A stretch of 64,000 nucleotides of DNA, taken from the NCBI GenBank assembly GCA_020344315.1, contig CP070820.1:319116-383115 (forward strand), read 5' to 3'. Shown here in pieces: positions 27,280-34,731 of this stretch. Every line of letters begins with the position of its first letter. The first letter of the stretch is position 1. The notes under the pieces were generated by a model that was not told the origin of the DNA, made no database searches, and was given only the letters and a program-made list of their open reading frames with translations. The position numbers and the translations under genes are program-made. Source of the stretch: Candidatus Bathyarchaeum sp. (lineage in GTDB: Archaea; Thermoproteota; Bathyarchaeia; Bathyarchaeales; Bathyarchaeaceae).

Positions 27280-27846
27280 TTATTGATACAAAATGGTTCC
27301 TATGTGTTCAAGGAGTATTTTCACTCCTATAGCTACCAAAATCAGGCCACCTAGGAATTCAACCCTGTTCTTAAGAATTCGTCCAAATCTGCTGCCAAGA
27401 TAGACGCCGAAAAAAGACAGTGAAAAAGTAACCACTCCAGTTACGATGGCAGGAATTATGACTGAAACCTTTAGAAGAGAGAGGCTGAGGCCAACAGCTA
27501 AAGCATCAATGCTGGTGGCAACAGATAACATTAACAACATTTTGATGCTGAGAGAGCTGACGAATTTATCTGATTCCTTTCTGATGGACTCGTAAATCAT
27601 TCTTAAACCAATAAACGTTAGAAGAAAAAAAGCCACCCAGTGATCAAAACCTGAAATTAACTCCACAATATGTACACCGGCATACCATCCGATGAGGGGC
27701 ATGATTGCCTGAAAGAATCCAAAGAAAGCTGATATTTTGAGGGCCTTTGTGGTTATGAATGTTTTAGTCGCCAGTCCATTTGCTATGGCTACTGAAAATG
27801 AGTCCATTGCTAGTCCTAAAGCAATAAATAATGTCATTATGTCCAT
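27280..27846 (-). CDS. mntP: Manganese efflux pump MntP (DUF204 duplication)
   Basis: LGLAMDSFSVAIANG at the N-terminus and the repeated ATSIDALAVGLSL half. 188 aa, 6 TM. Confidence 0.85.
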   Translation of the reverse strand: MDIMTLFIALGLAMDSFSVAIANGLATKTFITTKALKISAFFGFFQAIMPLIGWYAGVHIVELISGFDHWVAFFLLTFIGLRMIYESIRKESDKFVSSLSIKMLLMLSVATSIDALAVGLSLSLLKVSVIIPAIVTGVVTFSLSFFGVYLGSRFGRILKNRVEFLGGLILVAIGVKILLEHIGTILYQ

Positions 27847-27919
27847 TCGTCTTCACTTTTGGAAAGATGTAGCTTGTGAATAAAGCTACACCTAAAAACA
27901 TTTCTGAGAATAATTAGGC

Positions 27920-28462
27920 TTAAACAACATACCTGTAGGCGACGTATTTTCCTGCAGTTGCGCTCTTTCTTATTACCCTAACTACATCGCCCGGATTGGC
28001 GCCCACAGCTATTATTGCAGGGTCGGAAGCTTTGATCCGAGGCAACTGGTAAGGCTGCACCTTATATTTTTCCAGAATCATTTTTCTTTCTTCTGGTGTG
28101 AGAATTTCATGTTTCGACACGAAGTCGTGGTCGAAAACGTTGAAGGAGGGAAAGATTTTGGGAATCAGTTCTATCCCAAATTTTTTAGAGCGGGTCTTAG
28201 CGGTGTGGGTGTACTTTCCAATGGTGACAATGATGCCTTTTTCAACTTTGGCATCGTCCATGGCTTTCTTGAGTTGAGTGATGTATGCGACTCCTACCGT
28301 TCCGTCAGTGGTAACTGCCCAGATAATCGCCTTCTTATTGTCTTTCATCTTAATTTTGAAGCTAATGGTGTTCTTCTGGTCCTCTCTTTTCAGCACCTTG
28401 TAACCGCGAAGTTTTATGAGAACTTTGGTCTTCTTCTCAACTAACGTTTCTTTAGAACTCAA
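27920..28462 (-). CDS. rpoH: RNA polymerase subunit H/Rpo5 with N-terminal Rpb5-like (restriction-endonuclease-fold) extension
   Basis: The C-terminal 71 aa, HDFVSKHEILTPEERK.ILEKYKV.PYQLPRIKASDP....GA.PGDVVRVIRKSATAGKYVAYRYVV, are the canonical RpoH/Rpb5 C-domain. The N-terminal about 109 aa are absent from ordinary archaeal RpoH. TTG start is preceded by GAGGA. Confidence 0.8.
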   Translation of the reverse strand: MSSKETLVEKKTKVLIKLRGYKVLKREDQKNTISFKIKMKDNKKAIIWAVTTDGTVGVAYITQLKKAMDDAKVEKGIIVTIGKYTHTAKTRSKKFGIELIPKIFPSFNVFDHDFVSKHEILTPEERKMILEKYKVQPYQLPRIKASDPAIIAVGANPGDVVRVIRKSATAGKYVAYRYVV

Positions 28463-28604
28463 CTATTCATTCCTCACGCAGACAGGTATTCAGAGGGAAA
28501 ACCATCTGCAAACCCTTAAACTTTACGCTATTTTTACCCCTTATCCGTTAAATATATTCCTAACTGAAAGGAGAGAGAAGCGAACTCTGTTATGACAGTA
28601 TATT

Positions 28605-28835
28605 TTATAGTTCTGTTACAGTGATGATGGATACTGGACAGGAATCTTCTGCATCTCTTGCGTTTTCAATCTCCTCATCCTCGAAGACTCCAGAAGATGC
28701 CTTGGCATCAGTTTCTCCTCCAACAACTGTTGATTTTCCTTCTTCATCCGGTTCGAAGTGGGAAGGATTCAGACTGTAGCATACCCCGCAAGCGATGCAC
28801 CCCGTGCGGTCAATCTCAATCTTATATCTGATCAC
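28605..28835 (-). CDS. Small single-cluster ferredoxin
   Basis: 76 aa. CIACGVC near the N-terminus and a distal CP (EDSCPVSII), typical of Fer4_13/15-type ferredoxins. Confidence 0.75.
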   Translation of the reverse strand: MIRYKIEIDRTGCIACGVCYSLNPSHFEPDEEGKSTVVGGETDAKASSGVFEDEEIENARDAEDSCPVSIITVTEL

Positions 28836-29021
28836 TTCAGATCACCAAGCTGAGTAAACATTTATTGTTAAAAGTAATTAAATTTTCAATGAAAGCCTGG
28901 GACAAAAAGTTGATTAGAAGAATTTAGAGAAGTTGTACGTGTTCAGATAAATCATACGAAACTGTTATCTAGCTAAACAAGTCTCTACACCTTTTTACCA
29001 GAATAATTGGGAGAAGCAATA

Positions 29022-29759
29022 ATGAAAACTATCGATGTAGCAATGATCGGGGTTAGCGCTGCCCTCTATGCCATAGTTGGGTATCTAACAAACTTGGGAA
29101 TCGTAAGCCCAGTTGTCGGAGTTGTCAGATTTTGGCCATCGGTTATAGTTCCAGCAATCTTTGCTGTGCTCTTTGGTCCTTGGGTGGGAGGAACAGGTGC
29201 AGCGATAGGTATTTTCATCAGTGACATGGTTCATCCCGGTCACGGAATCGCCCTCTTAAGCCTCACTGTGGGTGTTCCTTCAAATTTTGTCGGCTTCTAC
29301 CTAATTGGTTTACTCTCACGAAAAAACCTGAACTGGCGTAACATCGCCATCGCATTATCTATTGGAAGCGCAGCATTAACTGGAATGACTGGTTACCTCT
29401 TCTTAATTGACCAATTAGCTTTGGACGTTGTAGCTCTTTTTCTAGGTGTCCTCTTTGCTTGTGTTGCCATAGTAATTGGAGTTGGATTATGGAAATCTGA
29501 ATGGAAAAGTTACGGCTTAGCATCTGTCATCGGCCTCTTTATGGGAAGTACCATCATAGGTTTCGGCCTTTGGGCATATAGTCAATTTCTTCCCCTGCCC
29601 TTGGCGAGATGGGAACGCAATGCACCCTTCTACGCAAGTTTTCTCTGGCTTGTGTGGACATTTGCCACAGAGATACCGTTCCTAGTAACCATAGTTCCAC
29701 CTATTGTAAAAATCTGCTACAAAGCTTTTCCTTTTCTGGCTCCCCAACATGAAAAATAA
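29022..29759 (+). CDS. Polytopic membrane protein, ECF S-component-like (possible vitamin/precursor transporter)
   Basis: About 245 aa with 6 TM. The N-terminal pattern IDVAMIGVSAALYAIVGYL...FWPSV..PA.FAVLFGPW.G..GAAIG.FISD resembles S components. ATG 29022 has GGGAGAAG upstream (the track opens at TTG 29007). Confidence 0.5.
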   Translation: MKTIDVAMIGVSAALYAIVGYLTNLGIVSPVVGVVRFWPSVIVPAIFAVLFGPWVGGTGAAIGIFISDMVHPGHGIALLSLTVGVPSNFVGFYLIGLLSRKNLNWRNIAIALSIGSAALTGMTGYLFLIDQLALDVVALFLGVLFACVAIVIGVGLWKSEWKSYGLASVIGLFMGSTIIGFGLWAYSQFLPLPLARWERNAPFYASFLWLVWTFATEIPFLVTIVPPIVKICYKAFPFLAPQHEK

Positions 29760-29772
29760 GAGGCGATAGAGG

Positions 29773-30702
29773 GTGCTCGATAGGGCTAGAGCTTTCAGTC
29801 CTGCAGGAATTTCCAGCTTCTTTGAAATCTGCGACAGAACGTCGGAAGGAATTCTGATCGCTGACGCAGAGCAGATTGGCGCTCGGGGGGGAGGATTTGC
29901 ACTCGACAAAGGAGTTTCAACCGAAGTTAGCCTAGCCAAGGCAAAAGAAAATCGAGTTAATGTGTTTATCAATGAAACGCTTTGGCAGGAAGCTGATACA
30001 ACAAGAACTGTGGTTGAAACATTGTTAAAGAAGGTTCCCAAAGCATACCACGTTACTGTGAGGCACCGCGTAGATGTGCCTATTGGAGCTGGTTTTGGGA
30101 CTAGTGCCGCTGGTGCCCTAGGCACTGCTCTGGCTCTCAGCAAGGCTTTGGATCTCAATTTTACGTACAACCAGCTTGGTAGAATAGCTCATGTGGCTGA
30201 GGTGAAGTGCCGAACAGGTTTGGGAACCGTTGGTCCATTAATGCATGGAGGATGCGGATTAACCCTTGAACCAGGAGCACCCGGATACGCTTCGTTAGAC
30301 CAGATTCCTGTTTCTGCGGATCACAGAATAATTGCAGGCACCTTCAGACCATATTCAACCAAGGAAATGCTTTCTTCCAGAGAAAAAAGAAGAATAATCA
30401 ATGAGTGGGGACGGAAAACCCTTGAGAAAATCCTTGCTTATCCCTCCCTCGGTAACTTTATGAGGGCATGTAAAGAGTTTGCTGTGGGAACCGGTTTCGT
30501 TACGGAGCGGGTTCAGAAGTTGATAGAACTTGCTGAGAAGACGGGAGCTATTGGCGCTGCACAGAATATGGTGGGCGAGGCGGTTCACGCCTTGGTTACT
30601 GGTGACCGGGTGGAAGCTGTTCATGAGGCTTTCAAGAAAGTTTTGCCTGAAGAAAAGATTATTATAGCGAACATCGACCTTCAGGGCGCTCGTATTGGGT
30701 GA
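29773..30702 (+). CDS. Pantoate kinase (archaeal CoA pathway, GHMP kinase superfamily)
   Basis: N-terminus A.SPAGISSFFEI and GHMP motif PIGAGFGTSAAGALGTALAL. 309 aa. Adjacent to archaeal PPAT. Confidence 0.75.
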   Translation: MLDRARAFSPAGISSFFEICDRTSEGILIADAEQIGARGGGFALDKGVSTEVSLAKAKENRVNVFINETLWQEADTTRTVVETLLKKVPKAYHVTVRHRVDVPIGAGFGTSAAGALGTALALSKALDLNFTYNQLGRIAHVAEVKCRTGLGTVGPLMHGGCGLTLEPGAPGYASLDQIPVSADHRIIAGTFRPYSTKEMLSSREKRRIINEWGRKTLEKILAYPSLGNFMRACKEFAVGTGFVTERVQKLIELAEKTGAIGAAQNMVGEAVHALVTGDRVEAVHEAFKKVLPEEKIIIANIDLQGARIG

Positions 30703-30711
30703 TGAAACGCC

Positions 30712-31182
30712 GTGGAGAAACAGTTTGAGACCGTGACTATAGGCGGAACCTTTGACATGTTCCACAGCGGACACCAAGCTCTATTGATGAAAGCGTTCGA
30801 GGTTGGAACTCGAGTTATCATAGGGCTTGCCTCAGACGACTTTGTGAAGACAATGAGGAAGCCTCACAGAATCGTGCCTTACGTCAAACGCCTCGAGGAG
30901 TTGAATAACTTCTTGAAAGAGAACGGATTTTTGGAAAGGGCAGAAATAATCCCCTTAAATGATGCTTATGGAATCACCTTGTCAGAGAAACGGATTGATG
31001 CCATAGTTGTGAGTGAGAGGACGGAGTCACGAGCTCATGAAATTAATGAAAAACGAAGGAGTTTGGGGCTGCCACCTTTACAGATCATAACTGTACGCAT
31101 GGTCCTCTCGGAAGACCATTATCCCATATCATCCACCCGAATCTGGTTCGAAGAGATCGACAGGGAAGGAAATCTACTTTAG
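30712..31182 (+). CDS. coaD: Phosphopantetheine adenylyltransferase, archaeal type (cytidylyltransferase fold)
   Basis: GGTFD.FH.GH..LL nucleotidyltransferase signature, about 155 aa, C-terminal ISSTRI. Confidence 0.85.
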   Translation: MEKQFETVTIGGTFDMFHSGHQALLMKAFEVGTRVIIGLASDDFVKTMRKPHRIVPYVKRLEELNNFLKENGFLERAEIIPLNDAYGITLSEKRIDAIVVSERTESRAHEINEKRRSLGLPPLQIITVRMVLSEDHYPISSTRIWFEEIDREGNLL

Positions 31183-31235
31183 ATGTCCACCGTAACAGAT
31201 GGGATTGTTTAAAGCTTCTTCATTGCATATTTTAT

Positions 31236-32369
31236 GTGACGAAAGGTGGTGTCTTGAAGAGAACAGGGGTTGCAAGGCTTCCGCTTCATTACGGTAAGGC
31301 TCCGAGATGGCTTGTTTTCCGAATGCTGAAACTCGCTAGAGAGATGTCTACAATAATCATAGATGAATATGGCCTAGACATGTTCCTGAGGCGAGTCTCT
31401 GATCCTTTCTGGTTTCAGGCTTTGGGTTGCGTCTTGGGATATGACTGGCACTCCTCTGGCGTGACCACCGTCTTAACTGGCGTTCTGAAGAGTGCAATAA
31501 ACCCCATGGAGCTTGGATTGACTATCTGCGGCGGGAAGGGCAAAACCTCCCGTAAGACACCGACAGAAATCGATCTCTTGGGAGAAAAGTACGGTTTCTC
31601 ATCAAACAAGCTCGACGGTTTACGGTATGTTAGTCGGATGAGCGCCAAAGTTGACACAACAGCAGTTCAGGCGGGCTACCCCCTCTATCATCATGCCTTC
31701 TTTGTCACAGAAAAGGGAACATGGGCTGTGGTTCAGCAGGGAATAAATACGAAGGACAAGTCGGCGCGGAGATATCACTGGCTATCCGAAAACGTCAAGG
31801 ACTTCGTGGTTGAACCCCACGATGCAGTTGTTGGAGACGTGAAAAGGGATGTGGCGTTGGACATGACTGCAAGAGAGAGTGAAGGCTGCCGAAAAACTTC
31901 AACTGACATCGCCAAGGAAGAGCCAAGGAAATTGAGAAAGATGCTTCTCTCGATTCGTCCGGTCCATCAGAAGTCCCTTCAGGAGTGGATTCCCAAAACC
32001 CTAGGGAAAGAGTATGCAATCGATGCTTTCTCGTTGCCTCGAAACCTCAACTGGAATGCTGTTAAAAGGGCGTATGACTTTCAACCCAAAAATTACGAGG
32101 AACTGATAGGTATCAAGGGAATAGGTCCTGCAACAGTCAGAGCTTTAGCTCTAGTGTCTGAGTTGGTCCACGGTGAGAAACCGAGTTGGGAGGACCCCGT
32201 CAAGTACAGTTTCTGTGTGGGAGGAAAGGATGGAGTTCCCTATCCGGTGGACAGGGCAACCTATGACGAAACGATTGAGATTTTGGAGAATGCAGTGAAA
32301 CAAGCCAAGGTTGGTAGTAAAGAGAAACTTAATGCTGTGAAGAGGCTTAGAGTCCTAGCAAATCAATGA
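31236..32369 (+). CDS. DUF763 family protein
   Basis: N-terminus LPLHYGKAPRWL..RM.KLA and WFQALGCVLG.DWHSSGVTT, as remembered for DUF763. C-terminal HhH-like IKGIGPATVRALAL. Confidence 0.7.
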   Translation: MTKGGVLKRTGVARLPLHYGKAPRWLVFRMLKLAREMSTIIIDEYGLDMFLRRVSDPFWFQALGCVLGYDWHSSGVTTVLTGVLKSAINPMELGLTICGGKGKTSRKTPTEIDLLGEKYGFSSNKLDGLRYVSRMSAKVDTTAVQAGYPLYHHAFFVTEKGTWAVVQQGINTKDKSARRYHWLSENVKDFVVEPHDAVVGDVKRDVALDMTARESEGCRKTSTDIAKEEPRKLRKMLLSIRPVHQKSLQEWIPKTLGKEYAIDAFSLPRNLNWNAVKRAYDFQPKNYEELIGIKGIGPATVRALALVSELVHGEKPSWEDPVKYSFCVGGKDGVPYPVDRATYDETIEILENAVKQAKVGSKEKLNAVKRLRVLANQ

Positions 32370-32459
32370 TGGGTAAATAATTCATTTTTTATGGTTTGAT
32401 TTAAGCATTTTTACCCCAGTATGGTTTTCGCAACTCAAGATGAAATGAATGTCAATCAA

Positions 32460-33557
32460 TTAGTGGGTCAAAATCATGTGGTCCGAGATCTTGCTTCCTA
32501 GGAGCAATCTGAAGTGTTCATGGTCTCCTTCTGGTTGCACTCTTTCAACTTTGCCTTCTGCAATCACAGCTTCACCACTCCTTGCTTGTTCACAGAATCT
32601 TCCCCGAAAGGACACGATCTCCTCAATTGGCTCAACAATTGGTCCTTGAAGGATTTCCACATTTGCGAGTTTGTAACTGCATGGTGTGAAGATTGCTTCT
32701 GAATCGTCTATCACTGTGGCTTTGATTCTTGCGCGTCCTTTTGGTTTGTAAATGATGGTGCCATATTGTTCACTGAGTTCGTTCCAGTTTTTTACGAAAC
32801 GGACAAAAAAGTCTCTTCCCATGAATTTGCCGTGGGAAACTTTTCTGGAGTCGGTTCGAACAAAATCTTCGAAAGATGTGACGGTGTCCTTCGAACGGAA
32901 ATCGAACAGTTCTCTCAAGCCATCTATATTGTAGGGCTTGAAAGGGCTGTTGTTGTCTTTGAGCATTCTCTTCAAGGCTGAATGTACTCTGTAGCTTGTT
33001 TCGGAACCGTAAACTATGGGGTCGATGTCAGATGAAGGAGTGTGAAGCCTCACTAGGATGGAGCCCGAAATGCCTAGTTTGCTCCATGGAATCCCCGATT
33101 TTTCTTTGAGGAGTTTCATGAATCGTAAAGCGGTTGTCTCGGTATCGTCCAAGTTGTCTCTGTTCCGGAGGTTTTCTAAACCTTGAGCTGGCTGGTAATG
33201 ATGTTTCACATCCTGATGTGGGACTTCGCAGAGTAGCGTATTGAAGATGGGGTCGTTTACTAGGTATTGTGGATAATTTTGATTTAGCAAGGAATAACGC
33301 TTTGACAAGGCGTAAAACTTTCTGTATCTCGTTCCATCTCGCTCTCGCTTACCTTCACGGTCGGGAACATAACGGATGAAAGCTACAATCCTATTCTGAG
33401 GATGAATCAAGCCCTTAACGTCAAATATGCATCCATCTAAGTTTTCGATCAAATCGCCTTCTCTAGCATTCATACTATCCACACAATTGATCCAGTAGAT
33501 CAACTGGATTAATTTTTCTGGATGTTTATTATTTTTTTGAAAGTAGCTAGCAGGCAA
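32460..33557 (-). CDS. Predicted nucleotidyltransferase (pol-beta superfamily, COG1665-like) with C-terminal OB-like domain
   Basis: NTase signature GISGSILVRLHTPSSDIDPIVYG. The C-terminal beta-rich region resembles an OB fold. The start is uncertain (alternative ATG at 33473). Confidence 0.6.
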   Translation of the reverse strand: MPASYFQKNNKHPEKLIQLIYWINCVDSMNAREGDLIENLDGCIFDVKGLIHPQNRIVAFIRYVPDREGKRERDGTRYRKFYALSKRYSLLNQNYPQYLVNDPIFNTLLCEVPHQDVKHHYQPAQGLENLRNRDNLDDTETTALRFMKLLKEKSGIPWSKLGISGSILVRLHTPSSDIDPIVYGSETSYRVHSALKRMLKDNNSPFKPYNIDGLRELFDFRSKDTVTSFEDFVRTDSRKVSHGKFMGRDFFVRFVKNWNELSEQYGTIIYKPKGRARIKATVIDDSEAIFTPCSYKLANVEILQGPIVEPIEEIVSFRGRFCEQARSGEAVIAEGKVERVQPEGDHEHFRLLLGSKISDHMILTH

Positions 33558-33587
33558 GAATTTTGGGGTAGTTTGAATGATTTAGCT

Positions 33588-34307
33588 CTATCTGATTAGA
33601 TCGAATATTCCTGCCTTTCTGAGGCTATAGTAGAGGGGCAAAGCTATAGCGGACGCTATGATTACAGCAACTATCCGTTCTATAGGATAAACAAACATAG
33701 CGGTGTTCCAAATTTCAGGAATTAGTCCGGGATTAAAGTACCATATTGCTAAACCACTCCCGAATATGTGATCCGTTAAAGTGCCAACAAACGCGGCTAT
33801 AGGCACGCCTAGACTCAGTTTCTTCATATTCGATAGCTCAGTTGACCAAACTGCAAGTCGCGTTGAGAAAACAAAGGCTACAATCGCCGCAATTATGTGC
33901 AAAAATGGATAGAGATTGGCTTCCCGACCAAATGGGTGACTGTAGAAGAGGAGGATTGAGGCAAGAATCATTGCCCCTGCAACGTAGCCTCGTTTTGTGA
34001 TTGTGAAGCCTGCGCCTAGAGCGCCTAGAGTGGCAGGCAAAAATGATAGAAATCCGAAGATTGCGCCACTGGGATTAACGAACATAGCTATAACTGAGCC
34101 GATTAGCACACCTAAACCTCCAGCGATTGGCCCGAGAATAATTCCAATTAGGGGGGCGCTTATTACTCCTAGCGTTATTGAACCGCCTGCAACACCTACT
34201 GGTATTGTATAAGGCAGGGAACTTAGAACTGTGTGAAAAGCTGCAAAAACTGCTATTAATGCTATTCCTTTGGTTGAGAGAATATCTTTTAACATTCTGT
34301 TTACCAA
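33588..34307 (-). CDS. Polytopic membrane protein, ECF S-component-like
   Basis: About 235 aa, 6 TM, Gly-rich helices (GVISAPLIGIILGPIAGGLGVLIGS). The likely start is ATG 34295 (the track opens at TTG 34307). Confidence 0.5.
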   Translation of the reverse strand: MVNRMLKDILSTKGIALIAVFAAFHTVLSSLPYTIPVGVAGGSITLGVISAPLIGIILGPIAGGLGVLIGSVIAMFVNPSGAIFGFLSFLPATLGALGAGFTITKRGYVAGAMILASILLFYSHPFGREANLYPFLHIIAAIVAFVFSTRLAVWSTELSNMKKLSLGVPIAAFVGTLTDHIFGSGLAIWYFNPGLIPEIWNTAMFVYPIERIVAVIIASAIALPLYYSLRKAGIFDLIR

Positions 34308-34315
34308 TTAATGTT

Positions 34316-34331
34316 GTGTAATTTTTTACAC
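34316..34331. promoter_or_regulatory. Palindrome GTGTAA-TTTT-TTACAC at the promoter of the 33588-34307 membrane protein gene
   Basis: Identical 16-mer to 4354-4369. It lies 21-36 nt upstream of ATG 34295, the position expected for a TATA box of a short-leader archaeal mRNA. Confidence 0.55.
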
Positions 34332-34401
34332 AGTGTTTTACACAATATTTACCCATTTAGTATATAAGATTAACTCACCGTTTTTTCTGAAAAAAGCCTG
34401 C

Positions 34402-34434
34402 TTTCAACAATACACTGTTATTAGGCTCCTAATA
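34402..34434 (-). repeat. Degenerate second copy (B2) of the 34-nt upstream element
   Basis: 27/33 ungapped identity to 34498-34530 (TTTCAACAAT......TTATTAG.CTCC.AATA), in tandem 96 nt from copy B1. Confidence 0.55.
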
Positions 34435-34496
34435 TGCTCGTAGACACGTTTAGAGAACAATTTATTATCTTGCTTGGAAAAACAGAAAAAGTACTT

Positions 34497-34530
34497 TTTT
34501 CAACAATGAAGTATTATTAGTCTCCAAATA
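34497..34530 (-). repeat. 34-nt conserved upstream element, copy B1
   Basis: The reverse complement, TATTTGGAGACTAATAATACTTCATTGTTGAAAA, is 33/34 identical to 4271-4304. Confidence 0.8.
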
Positions 34531-34584
34531 TGTAGGCAGCCCCTTTGAATGGTCGGGTTCGATGATGGATAGTAACTCGGTTTA

Positions 34585-34600
34585 GTCAAGAAATCTTGAC
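34585..34600. promoter_or_regulatory. Operator-like palindrome GTCAAG-AAAT-CTTGAC (site 1 of 3)
   Basis: Perfect 6-bp arms. Conserved left flank TTTA. Confidence 0.65.
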
Positions 34601-34629
34601 CAGAACCGTAATGGCGCGTCATTCATTTA

Positions 34630-34645
34630 GTCAAGAAACCTTGAC
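34630..34645. promoter_or_regulatory. Operator-like palindrome GTCAAG-AAAC-CTTGAC (site 2 of 3)
   Basis: Perfect 6-bp arms, 45 bp from site 1 (start to start). Confidence 0.65.
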
Positions 34646-34672
34646 TATGACGTGCTCACGCATTTTAAATAG

Positions 34673-34688
34673 GTCAAGAAACCTTGAC
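34673..34688. promoter_or_regulatory. Operator-like palindrome GTCAAG-AAAC-CTTGAC (site 3 of 3)
   Basis: Perfect 6-bp arms, 43 bp from site 2. It abuts TATA-like ATACATATATT / TATAATA, 44 bp before ATG 34732. Confidence 0.65.
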
Positions 34689-34731
34689 AAAAATACATAT
34701 ATTGAATATCCTGTATAATATGAATTGTTAG

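Noticed and set aside
4271-34530. A 30-kb composite mobile element bounded by the 34-nt inverted repeats
   Set aside because: The interior is core metabolism and cell division (cdv, cdh, RNase J). There are no transposase genes and no target-site duplication at the outer edges. The repeats sit at fixed positions relative to downstream genes, which favours a regulatory role.
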